In this document: piece after piece, positions 57,063 to 64,000 of the stretch
Position numbering within the stretch: position 1 is the first letter of the stretch
Layout of the letters: each line of letters begins with the position of its first letter
Origin: Stenotrophomonas maltophilia
GTDB taxonomy: Bacteria > Pseudomonadota > Gammaproteobacteria > Xanthomonadales > Xanthomonadaceae
Assembly (NCBI GenBank): GCA_002363385.1
Contig: DEVL01000004.1
Coordinates: 155,630 to 219,629, forward strand
Direction: 5' to 3'
DNA: 64,000 nucleotides
Position numbers and translations under genes: made by a program
Notes under the pieces: generated by a model
Told to the model about the DNA's origin: nothing
Databases searched by the model: none
What the model saw: the letters and a program-made list of their open reading frames with translations, nothing else

Positions 57063-58357
57063 CAGAAAGTGACCTTGGTCTGTACACCCAACGCCCAGGC
57101 GTTGTCGGTGCGGGTATAGGCGAACGTGCCGGGATTGACGATGTACTGCACGTCCGGGCGGATCATCAGCCAAGGCGTGACCTGGATGCTGTAGGACAGT
57201 TCGAACAGTTCTTCGGCCTGGCTGAGCTGGTACAGCGGCGAATCGCCCGGTACGCCCATGCCGACGAGATCGGCGCGGCGCGCATCGACCAGGCGGCGGT
57301 TGATGTCCGCACCGACGTAACCGAGCGCGATGCTGTCCTGCGCCCGTGAGCCGATGCCCTGGTAGACGCCACCCAGCGCGTACCACCGTCGGATCTGCGC
57401 GGTATCGGTATCGGACACCATGTACTGCGCGAACGCGGTCAGTCCGCGCTGCGGATCACCGGCTTCGCGGGTCAGGCGCTGCTCGGCCAGCACGTAGGCG
57501 CCATGGCGTCCCGTGGTCGGCGAGGTATCCAGGCCACGCTGATTGACCCGCGAGGTGTCGTAGTAGCCGCCGAACTTGTACACGCCCGGATGAGTGCCGC
57601 CCTTGTCCGGCGTCCAGGTCACTTCCAGCGGGAACAGCGAGCCGGTGGTGCCCGACACGAACGGGCGGAACGCGTTGCGTTCGATGTTGCCGCCGAGGTT
57701 CGGGTTGACCTGGAACCACCCGGTGCGCACGTTCAACGCCGGGCTGACCTGCTGGGCCACTTCACCGCCCCAGCGTGCCGTGGGGTAGTTGTACCAGCCG
57801 CTGTTGCCGGACATCGCCAGCGGATGCGCGCAGAAGGCCGCGTTGACGAAGTGGGTCAGCAGGCTGTGCAGGCCGAACTGGTTGCCCATTGCGTAATAGC
57901 CCAGCTTGAAATACGACTGGCCGGCGTTGAAGGTCTGGTCGTAGCTGGCTTCGGTGAGGCGGGTGTACTGGCCACCGTAGGCTTCCTGGATCGGAAAGCG
58001 GTTGCCGACCAGATCGGCCGAGGTGCTGTTGCCGCGGCGGTCATTGAGCGTGACGTGGAATGCACCGCCGCTCCAACCGGCCAGCGTGCCCATGTCCAGG
58101 TCCACGCCCACGCGCACCTGTTGGGCATAGCGCGCGCCGGTGCGGCCGTAACCGCCGTCGACCACCCCCATCGCTTCGCCGACATAGTCACCGCGGAACC
58201 GGATGCCGCGTTCATCCAGCGAGGTGCGGGTGCCGCCCCAATCGCCGGTCAGAGTGGTGCCGTCGTAGCGGTTGGCGGACTGCGCGGCGGCCAGCGCCGG
58301 GCACAGCAGCGCCGTGGCGACCAGCGTGGACAGGGAGGTTCGGATCAGGACGGCCAT
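57062..58357 (-). CDS. OprB-family carbohydrate-selective porin, QuiX-like (431 aa)
   Basis: It has a signal peptide (..LCPALAAAQS), the OprB pattern LTGDWGGTRTSLDERGI, and a C-terminal aromatic residue (F). It occupies a position equivalent to quiX of the Acinetobacter qui cluster. Confidence 0.8.
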   Translation of the reverse strand: MAVLIRTSLSTLVATALLCPALAAAQSANRYDGTTLTGDWGGTRTSLDERGIRFRGDYVGEAMGVVDGGYGRTGARYAQQVRVGVDLDMGTLAGWSGGAFHVTLNDRRGNSTSADLVGNRFPIQEAYGGQYTRLTEASYDQTFNAGQSYFKLGYYAMGNQFGLHSLLTHFVNAAFCAHPLAMSGNSGWYNYPTARWGGEVAQQVSPALNVRTGWFQVNPNLGGNIERNAFRPFVSGTTGSLFPLEVTWTPDKGGTHPGVYKFGGYYDTSRVNQRGLDTSPTTGRHGAYVLAEQRLTREAGDPQRGLTAFAQYMVSDTDTAQIRRWYALGGVYQGIGSRAQDSIALGYVGADINRRLVDARRADLVGMGVPGDSPLYQLSQAEELFELSYSIQVTPWLMIRPDVQYIVNPGTFAYTRTDNAWALGVQTKVTF

Positions 58358-58377
58358 GGGTATCTCTCGAAAGGGGA

Positions 58378-59889
58378 TCAGCGCAGCGACAGCGGTGCGC
58401 TGAGAGGCGACGTCGCGCCCAGCGCGGAGGTCGCGGTAGCGGTCACGGTGGCGATGTCAGCCGCTTCGCCAGTGGTCGGCAACGCCAGCGTGAAGCGGCC
58501 TTGCCCCTGTGCATCGGTGATCGCCTCGACCGTGCCGAGCAGGCGCTCGGCTTCGCGACCCTGCGCGGCGCGGTTGCCGAAGAGTTCCAGCTGATAGCGC
58601 TGTGCTGGCATGCCCTGGAAGACACCCTGCACCGTGCGCGCTGCCCCCTTGCCCTGCACGGCCTGCAGCGTCGGCGCGGCCTGGCCGAGATTGGGGGCCG
58701 GTTGACACTCGGCCTGCCCCGGCGCGGTGCAGATACGCGCACGCTTGGCCGGATCGTTGTCCACCCCGCGCCCGCGCGAACCGATGAAGCTGGCGTGCTC
58801 CAGCCCTGGCACCCCGAACACGATCGCGCCGCGCGGCTGGTCCTTGACGCACGCACCACCGGCTTCACAACGCTCGATCTTCAGCCCGTTGTCGAAGATA
58901 CGGTTGGCGCTGAAACGATTCGGTGCGCTGACCGGTTGCGGTCGCACTGCGATGCCGATGCCGTTGCCGGTGATGGTGTTGCCGTCCACCACGTTCCCGC
59001 TGCCGGTGATGCTCAGCCCGATCGAATTGCCCGTGAACGTGTTGGCCGCGATGTAGTTGCGGTTGCCCCAGTTGATCTGCAGGCCATCGGAGTAATCGAC
59101 GAAGCGGTTGCGAACCACGGTGTTGTCGTTGCCCCACAGGATCTCGATGCCCTGCGACGGTTCGGGATTGGCGGCGGTGGACTGGAACAGGTTGTCGGCC
59201 ACCAGGTTCCAGGCAGCGCCGCGGGTCAGCTCCAGCCCATCGCCGTTGTCCACGAACTGGTTGCGCACGATCCGGTTGTGCACCGTGGTGGTGGCGGTGG
59301 ACTGGCCCTTGCCGTCGTCACCGGTGAGCATGATGCCGGCACCGCCTTTGTTGGCGACGATGCGGTTGTCGTGGATCTCGCTGTGGCTGCTGCGGTTGAT
59401 CAGCACGCCGATGCAGAAATTGCGGATCTCCAGCCCCGTCAGTTCCACACCGCGGGTATCACGCAGCACCAGCCCCGGCAGCGTGGTGGTACGCACGTTG
59501 GTACCGGACTGGCCCGGTTCGGCCCCCGGGCAGGCATCAGTGCCGGTGCCGGTGACATAGGCCGAGCCGTCGATGGCCACGTACTGGCCATCGCGCGCCC
59601 ACGGCGTGCCGACGATCTGCACCGGCCCGACGATCTCCGGCAGCGGCGTGGCCGGACGGATCACGTACGGCGCATTGCCCACCGCGGCAATCTCGATCCG
59701 ATAGCGCCCGGGCGCCTGGTTGGCGGTGCTGATCGCCCAGCGCAACGAGCCTGGGTTGGCATCATCGGCATAGCGCTCCACCTTCAGCACCTCCAATGGC
59801 GTGAGCGCAGGCTCGGCCTGGAAGGCCTGTGCCAGCGACGGCAGCATGGCAAGCAGGGACAGGGAAACAGCAGACAGACGGCAACGCAT
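58378..59889 (-). CDS. Secreted right-handed parallel beta-helix repeat protein of unknown function, NosD/pectin-lyase-fold-like with a CSLREA-like N-terminal motif (503 aa)
   Basis: The signal peptide is MRCRLSAVSLSLLAMLPSLAQA|F. GSLRWAISTAN is present. About 22-residue repeats of the type N.I..N...GI recur (IHDNRIVANKGGAGI, VRNQFVDNGDGL, VDGNTITGNGIGI). The C-terminal domain is Cys-containing. The start at ATG 59889 has GGAG 7 nt upstream. ATG 59895 and GTG 59937 are alternatives. Confidence 0.7.
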   Translation of the reverse strand: MRCRLSAVSLSLLAMLPSLAQAFQAEPALTPLEVLKVERYADDANPGSLRWAISTANQAPGRYRIEIAAVGNAPYVIRPATPLPEIVGPVQIVGTPWARDGQYVAIDGSAYVTGTGTDACPGAEPGQSGTNVRTTTLPGLVLRDTRGVELTGLEIRNFCIGVLINRSSHSEIHDNRIVANKGGAGIMLTGDDGKGQSTATTTVHNRIVRNQFVDNGDGLELTRGAAWNLVADNLFQSTAANPEPSQGIEILWGNDNTVVRNRFVDYSDGLQINWGNRNYIAANTFTGNSIGLSITGSGNVVDGNTITGNGIGIAVRPQPVSAPNRFSANRIFDNGLKIERCEAGGACVKDQPRGAIVFGVPGLEHASFIGSRGRGVDNDPAKRARICTAPGQAECQPAPNLGQAAPTLQAVQGKGAARTVQGVFQGMPAQRYQLELFGNRAAQGREAERLLGTVEAITDAQGQGRFTLALPTTGEAADIATVTATATSALGATSPLSAPLSLR

Positions 59890-60005
59890 GCGCATACTCC
59901 GCACAGGGAAGGGAACTCCTGCGGTCTTCCCCTGCACCTGGCTTCAGTACCGTTTCGGCACTGCCCTCGCCCGCCAGAGGTGGATCGCTTGGAACGGGAT
60001 TGAAA

Positions 60006-60066
60006 GTAGGTTTATCGCACTGCACCATTCAAGTGCGTTTATCGACTATGCGTGCGATTATCGAAC
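60006..60066 (-). promoter_or_regulatory. Triple PcaR-type operator and candidate promoter of the beta-helix/quiX/quiB... array
   Basis: On the minus strand the sequence reads GTTCGATAATCGCAC (60066-60052), gcat, AGTCGATAAACGCAC (60047-60033), and then an inverted copy GTGCGATAAACCTAC (60020-60006). Embedded hexamers TTCGAT-16 nt-GATAAA could serve as -35/-10 elements. Confidence 0.65.
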
Positions 60067-60206
60067 AACAGCCCTACGACCATTGTCGTAGGCGCGCACG
60101 CGACGCCGCGCACGGCTCTGCCGCAGCGAGACTGCAACAGCGCATTCATCGATGGGAACGTCTGCGGCGGGCAGCATCCGGAACCGCGCCCGCAGTGACT
60201 TACGAC

Positions 60207-61778
60207 TTACGAGCTGCAGGAGAGCATCGAGCAGCCGGCCTTCACCCGCGCCCACTCGGGTCGCTTGGCCGCGAAGTGCTCGCGTCCGGGCTGCACGTCA
60301 TACGGGCGCCGCAGCACCTCCAGCAGCGTGTGCACGCCACTGAGATCGCCCTGCTCCGCCTGCTCGATCGCCTCCTGGGCCAGCCAGTTGCGCAGCACGT
60401 AGACCGGGTTGGCGCGAGCCATCTGCTGCTGGCGCGCCTGGGTACTCAGGCCATCGACACGCAGTCTCGCCGCGTACTGCTGCAGCCATGCCTGCAGCGA
60501 CGGCAGCACCGCCTCGCGACGAGCCGGGCTGTAGAACGCCTCCTCCAGCACCGCCACCGAAGGCGCTGCAGGATCGAGCGCCATCAGCCCACGGAAGGCC
60601 AGAGTCATGTCCATCTCGCCCTCGTGCAGAATCTCCAGCCACGCCGCCATCAACGCCACGTCGTCATCGCGGCAGGTGTCCAGGCCCAGCTTCGCGGCGA
60701 TGTCGGCGCGCTCGCAGTCCGCGTGCACCTGCTGGAAACGCGCCAGCCCGTCATGCAGCGGGGTGACATCCTCGAACAGCGGTGCCAAGGCCTGGGCCAG
60801 CCGGGTGAGATTCCAGTACGCCACCTGCGGCTGCGTGCCGAAACGATAGCGTCGGCCCTGCGCGTCGGTGGTGTTGGGGGTCCATTCCGGATCGTAGTCC
60901 TCGACCCAGCCGTACGGGCCGTAATCGATGGTGAGCCCGAGGATGGAGAGGTTGTCGGTATTCATCACGCCATGCACGAAACCGACGCGCATCCAATGCG
61001 CGACAAGCACCGCGGTGCGCTCGCAGATTTCGGCAAACCAGCGCGCATGCCGCGCCTCGCCCGCCTCTGCCAGCGCAGGAAAATCGCGCGCGATGCAGAC
61101 ATCGGCCAACTGCCGCAGCAACGTCGTGTCACCGCGCGAGGCCGGCAGTTCGAAGCTGCCGAAGCGGATGAACGACGGCGCGACGCGACACACGATCGCG
61201 CCGGGTTCGGCTTCAGGGTGACCGTCGTAGAACATGTCGCGCACGACGGCATCGCCGGTGCCGACCAGACTCAGCGCGCGCGTGGTCGGCACGCCGAGGT
61301 GATGCATCGCTTCACTGCACAGGAACTCGCGGATGGACGAGCGCAGCACCGCACGCCCGTCGGCGCCCCGCGAGTACGGTGTGCGCCCGGCGCCCTTCAA
61401 CTGCAGCTCCCAATGCGCACCGTCCGGGGTGAGCAGCTCGCCCAGCGAGATCGCACGGCCATCGCCGAGCTGCCCCGCCCAATGGCCGAACTGATGGCCA
61501 CCGTAGTTGGCCGCCCACGGTGCCATCCCGGCATACAACGCATTGCCGCCGAACACCCGCGCGAAATCCTCGCTCTGGATCAGGTCCTCGCCCATGCCCA
61601 GCAGCGTGGTCACCTCAGGCGAGTAAGCCAGCAGCCGTGGCGCGGCAACCGGCGTCGGCATGACCGAGGACCACGCGGCCTCCCGCACCTCGCGCACGCG
61701 CGGGCCGGTTTCCGGGTCGCCGGGCAGGTCACGGATGAAACGGTTATCGAAACGCAGGGGCTGGGTGCTCATAGGCAT
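60207..61778 (-). CDS. selO: Protein adenylyltransferase SelO (YdiU/UPF0061) (523 aa)
   Basis: [33 protein letters not shown] and HGVMNTDN are SelO pseudokinase-fold signatures. Confidence 0.88.
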   Translation of the reverse strand: MPMSTQPLRFDNRFIRDLPGDPETGPRVREVREAAWSSVMPTPVAAPRLLAYSPEVTTLLGMGEDLIQSEDFARVFGGNALYAGMAPWAANYGGHQFGHWAGQLGDGRAISLGELLTPDGAHWELQLKGAGRTPYSRGADGRAVLRSSIREFLCSEAMHHLGVPTTRALSLVGTGDAVVRDMFYDGHPEAEPGAIVCRVAPSFIRFGSFELPASRGDTTLLRQLADVCIARDFPALAEAGEARHARWFAEICERTAVLVAHWMRVGFVHGVMNTDNLSILGLTIDYGPYGWVEDYDPEWTPNTTDAQGRRYRFGTQPQVAYWNLTRLAQALAPLFEDVTPLHDGLARFQQVHADCERADIAAKLGLDTCRDDDVALMAAWLEILHEGEMDMTLAFRGLMALDPAAPSVAVLEEAFYSPARREAVLPSLQAWLQQYAARLRVDGLSTQARQQQMARANPVYVLRNWLAQEAIEQAEQGDLSGVHTLLEVLRRPYDVQPGREHFAAKRPEWARVKAGCSMLSCSS

Positions 61779-61809
61779 GAAATGGGGGCAGACCGGCTGC
61801 CCCGCAAGT

Positions 61810-62502
61810 TCAGCGCGAACCGCCGCCGAGGTTCAACGGACCGCCGCGCTCCACCGCACGCTGGTACGCCGGGCGCTGCTCGATCCGCGCCAGGTACGCC
61901 TGCAGCCGTGGGTAGGCGGTCATGTCGCCACCGCGCGCGGCGGCGGCCTGGATCGGGAAGCTCATCTGGATATCGGCAGCGGTGAAGCGTTCACCGGCAA
62001 ACCACGGCGACTGGCCGAGCTCGCGTTCCATCCAGTCCATGTGCAGCTTCACCTGCGGACGCACGAAGCCGTTCAGCGCCTTGTCGGCAATGGAGCGCGC
62101 GATCGGCTTGGCGAAGAACGGCATCGGCGCGTTGCGCAGCCGCGAAAACACCAGCGTCATCACCAGCGGCGGCATCGCCGAGCCTTCGGCGTAGTGCATC
62201 CAGTAGCGGTAACGCACCCGTTCGGGGGCCTGGGCCGGCATCGGCTCGGGCGAGAGCTGGCGGCCGCTGTCGTAGCGGTCGGCGAGGTATTCCAGGATCG
62301 CGCCGGATTCGGCCAGGACCAGCGCATCGTCCTGCAGCACCGGCGATTTTCCCAGCGGGTGCACGTCGCGCAGCGCCTGCGGTGCCAGCCAGGTCTTGGG
62401 ATCGCGCTGGTAGTTGACGACCTGGTACGGCAGGCCCAGTTCTTCGAGCATCCACAACACGCGCAGCGAGCGCGAGTGGTCCAGATGGTGCACCTTGATC
62501 AT
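61810..62502 (-). CDS. Glutathione S-transferase (230 aa)
   Basis: The N-terminal thioredoxin-like domain has [22 protein letters not shown] and ESGAILEYL. The C-terminal domain is helical. The start is taken at ATG 62502. Confidence 0.82.
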   Translation of the reverse strand: MIKVHHLDHSRSLRVLWMLEELGLPYQVVNYQRDPKTWLAPQALRDVHPLGKSPVLQDDALVLAESGAILEYLADRYDSGRQLSPEPMPAQAPERVRYRYWMHYAEGSAMPPLVMTLVFSRLRNAPMPFFAKPIARSIADKALNGFVRPQVKLHMDWMERELGQSPWFAGERFTAADIQMSFPIQAAAARGGDMTAYPRLQAYLARIEQRPAYQRAVERGGPLNLGGGSR

Positions 62503-62600
62503 CGAGGGTTCCGCAGGGTCAAAGCGGCATCGTAACCGGGCGGCCGGCACGATGACGTCTTCAACGTGTTCCGCAGTGGCGATGGCCGGATCCCGCCCAA

Positions 62601-62635
62601 TAAAAAACGCCGGAAGCTCTCGCTTCCGGCGTTTT
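62601..62635 (-). terminator. Rho-independent terminator of the cold-shock gene
   Basis: On the minus strand, AAAACGCCGGAAGC-gaga-GCTTCCGGCGTTTTTTA is a perfect 14-bp stem with a T run. Confidence 0.85.
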
Positions 62636-62663
62636 AGGCGACCTTACGGTTGCGGGGGGTCGA

Positions 62664-62873
62664 TTAGACCGCCTGCACCTGGTCAGCCTGCATACCCTTC
62701 TGGCCCTGCACGGCGACGAACGTCACCTTCTGGCCTTCCTGCAGCGACTTGAAGCCGGTGCCCTGGATCGCGCGGAAATGCACGAAGAGGTCCGGGCCGC
62801 TTTCCGGGGTGATGAAGCCGAAGCCCTTGGCGTCGTTGAACCACTTCACGGTGCCCTGCTGACGATCAGACAT
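62664..62873 (-). CDS. cspA: Cold-shock protein, CspA family (69 aa)
   Basis: [15 protein letters not shown] (RNP1) and DLFVHF (RNP2) are present. Confidence 0.95.
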   Translation of the reverse strand: MSDRQQGTVKWFNDAKGFGFITPESGPDLFVHFRAIQGTGFKSLQEGQKVTFVAVQGQKGMQADQVQAV

Positions 62874-63174
62874 GTACTAACTCCTGAAACAATAGTTGAA
62901 ATAATCGCGGCCGCCGCGTATCGGGGCCGAGACTGAGTTGCAGGCGTTGGTAAAGCGGATCGATGAGCAGATCGTGAGATCAACTGCACCAGGCCACGAT
63001 TCACGGTGACCCTAGCAAACACAGTGTGGGTGACGATACTCGTGTTTTACCGAAAAAGCGATAGCTGGTTGATTCAGCCATCCTCCCCCTCCCGCCTGAC
63101 AGGACAAGGGGTCGGGCGATCCTACACAAAATCGCACCCCCTATTCAGATTTTTCCTACCTTAAGATCAGCAAA

Positions 63175-63651
63175 ATGACAGATGCACCGACCCCTAAAGT
63201 TCACATCTGGGTGGACGCCGACGCCTGTCCGGCGGTGATCAAGGAAATCCTGTTCCGGGTCGCCGAGCGTGCCGGGATCGAGATGACCCTGGTCGCGAAC
63301 CACTGGTTGCGGACCCCTCCCTCCCGTTTCATCCGCTCGATCCAGGTCCCGCCGGGCCTGGATGTGGCCGACAGCGAGATCGTCGACCGGGTGCAGCCGG
63401 GCGACCTCGTCGTCACGCAGGACATCCCGCTGGCGGCCTTGGTACTGGACAAGAAGGCCGTCGCATTGAACCCGCGCGGCGAGCTCTACACCCCCGACAA
63501 CATGGCCGAGCGGCTGTCGATGCGCAATTTCATGGAGGAACTGCGCGGCTCCGGCGTTCACACGGGCGGACCGGCGCCGCTGCATGCGCGCGACAAGCAG
63601 GCCTTCGCTGCGCAGCTGGATCGTTGGCTGGCCAAACATTCGGCAAGATGA
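63175..63651 (+). CDS. yaiI: YaiI/YqxD-family protein (UPF0178/DUF188) (158 aa)
   Basis: IWVDADACP and [12 protein letters not shown] are the conserved DUF188 pattern. Confidence 0.8.
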   Translation: MTDAPTPKVHIWVDADACPAVIKEILFRVAERAGIEMTLVANHWLRTPPSRFIRSIQVPPGLDVADSEIVDRVQPGDLVVTQDIPLAALVLDKKAVALNPRGELYTPDNMAERLSMRNFMEELRGSGVHTGGPAPLHARDKQAFAAQLDRWLAKHSAR

Positions 63652-63701
63652 ACGGACGGATGGCGGGTCGAGGGTCCGGCGTAGCGGAGAGTCGCGGCCC
63701 G

Positions 63702-63724
63702 GTAGTGCCGGCGGCCGGCTCTAC
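63702..63724. repeat. SMAG-type REP GTAGTGCCGGCGGCCGGCTCTAC, overlapping the stop codon of the pseudouridine synthase gene
   Basis: It is a GTAG..CTAC palindrome. The CTA at 63721-63723 is the TAG stop of the minus-strand gene. Confidence 0.8.
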
Positions 63725-64000
63725 AGGCGAAGCGACAGCCCGCTGGTGAACGTGCGCCGCTTCCCGGTCAGCGGGTCATCGAACGTCAATTCCTTCGCCA
63801 GTAGTTGCAGCGGCGCGTCCGCCGGCCCATCGGCGAGCAGCTCCGGGTACAGGTCGTCGCCCAGGATCGGCGCGCCCAGCCCCGCCATGTGCACGCGCAA
63901 CTGGTGCTTGCGGCCGGTGACCGGGTGCAGCCGGTAGTGCCAGGCCGGTCCAATGCCGTCGATCACCTCGATGCGGGTCCGGGCATTGGGCTCACCAGGC
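63721..64000 (-). CDS. RluA-family pseudouridine synthase, C-terminal part only; the gene continues beyond the window edge
   Basis: HPVTGRKHQLRVHMAGLGAPILGDDLY is the conserved RluA-family C-terminal motif. The frame stays open to position 64000, upstream of the GTG listed in the ORF track. Confidence 0.75.
   Translation of the reverse strand, partial: PGEPNARTRIEVIDGIGPAWHYRLHPVTGRKHQLRVHMAGLGAPILGDDLYPELLADGPADAPLQLLAKELTFDDPLTGKRRTFTSGLSLRL

Noticed and set aside
1-64000. Scan for tRNA, rRNA, tmRNA, riboswitch-like leaders, IS elements, integrases, toxin-antitoxin pairs and phage-defence gene sets
   Set aside because: All ORFs of meaningful size are accounted for by housekeeping or catabolic functions. 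Intergenic gaps are short or filled with REPs, terminators and operators. I recognised nothing resembling these feature classes by eye. A covariance-model scan would be needed to exclude small RNAs formally.

Overview
The window is 64 kb of GC-rich, densely packed gammaproteobacterial chromosome. I found about 57 protein-coding genes and no rRNA, tRNA, CRISPR, IS element, prophage or obvious defence island. Intergenic regions carry many GTAG-headed palindromic REP elements (GTAGAGCCGACC..GGTCGGCTCTAC and GTAGTGCCGGCC..GGCCGGCACTAC). I recognise these as the SMAG family of the Stenotrophomonas maltophilia group, so the source is probably a Stenotrophomonas or other Xanthomonadaceae genome.

Gene content from left to right:
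- folD, a KefB-like antiporter and a rhodanese-MoeB fusion.
- The conserved der-bamB-yfgM / rodZ-pilW-rlmN-ndk block, here lacking ispG-hisS.
- A psrA-like TetR gene with a fadN/fadA beta-oxidation operon.
- A long minus-strand block: galU, a wbpM-like gene, a wbpL-like gene, lapB, lapA, ihfB, rpsA and cmk.
- A 41-codon type-B ribosomal protein L36 gene that is absent from the supplied ORF track.
- aguA/aguB (agmatine to putrescine), a GNAT gene and a TraB-family gene.
- A translationally coupled MFP-RND-RND efflux operon.
- Two monoheme cytochrome c genes, uup, the yeiE/yeiH pair, dbpA and apt.
- A large quinate/protocatechuate catabolic region. quiA-pcaR lies on the plus strand and converges on a 12-gene minus-strand array: beta-helix protein, oprB/quiX, quiB, pcaK, pcaI, pcaJ, pcaF, pcaH, pcaG, pcaB, pcaD, pcaC.
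- selO, a GST, cspA, yaiI and a truncated RluA-family gene.

The most interesting region is the qui/pca cluster:
- Its 3-dehydroquinate dehydratase carries a signal peptide.
- No recognisable 3-dehydroshikimate dehydratase is present.
- An uncharacterised secreted parallel-beta-helix protein is the first gene of the array.
- That gene lies directly behind three copies of a PcaR-type operator box. One copy reads GTTCGATAATCGCAC, and related boxes recur upstream of pcaI and quiA.

All functional calls rest on my reading of the translated ORFs, motifs and synteny. No database search was run.
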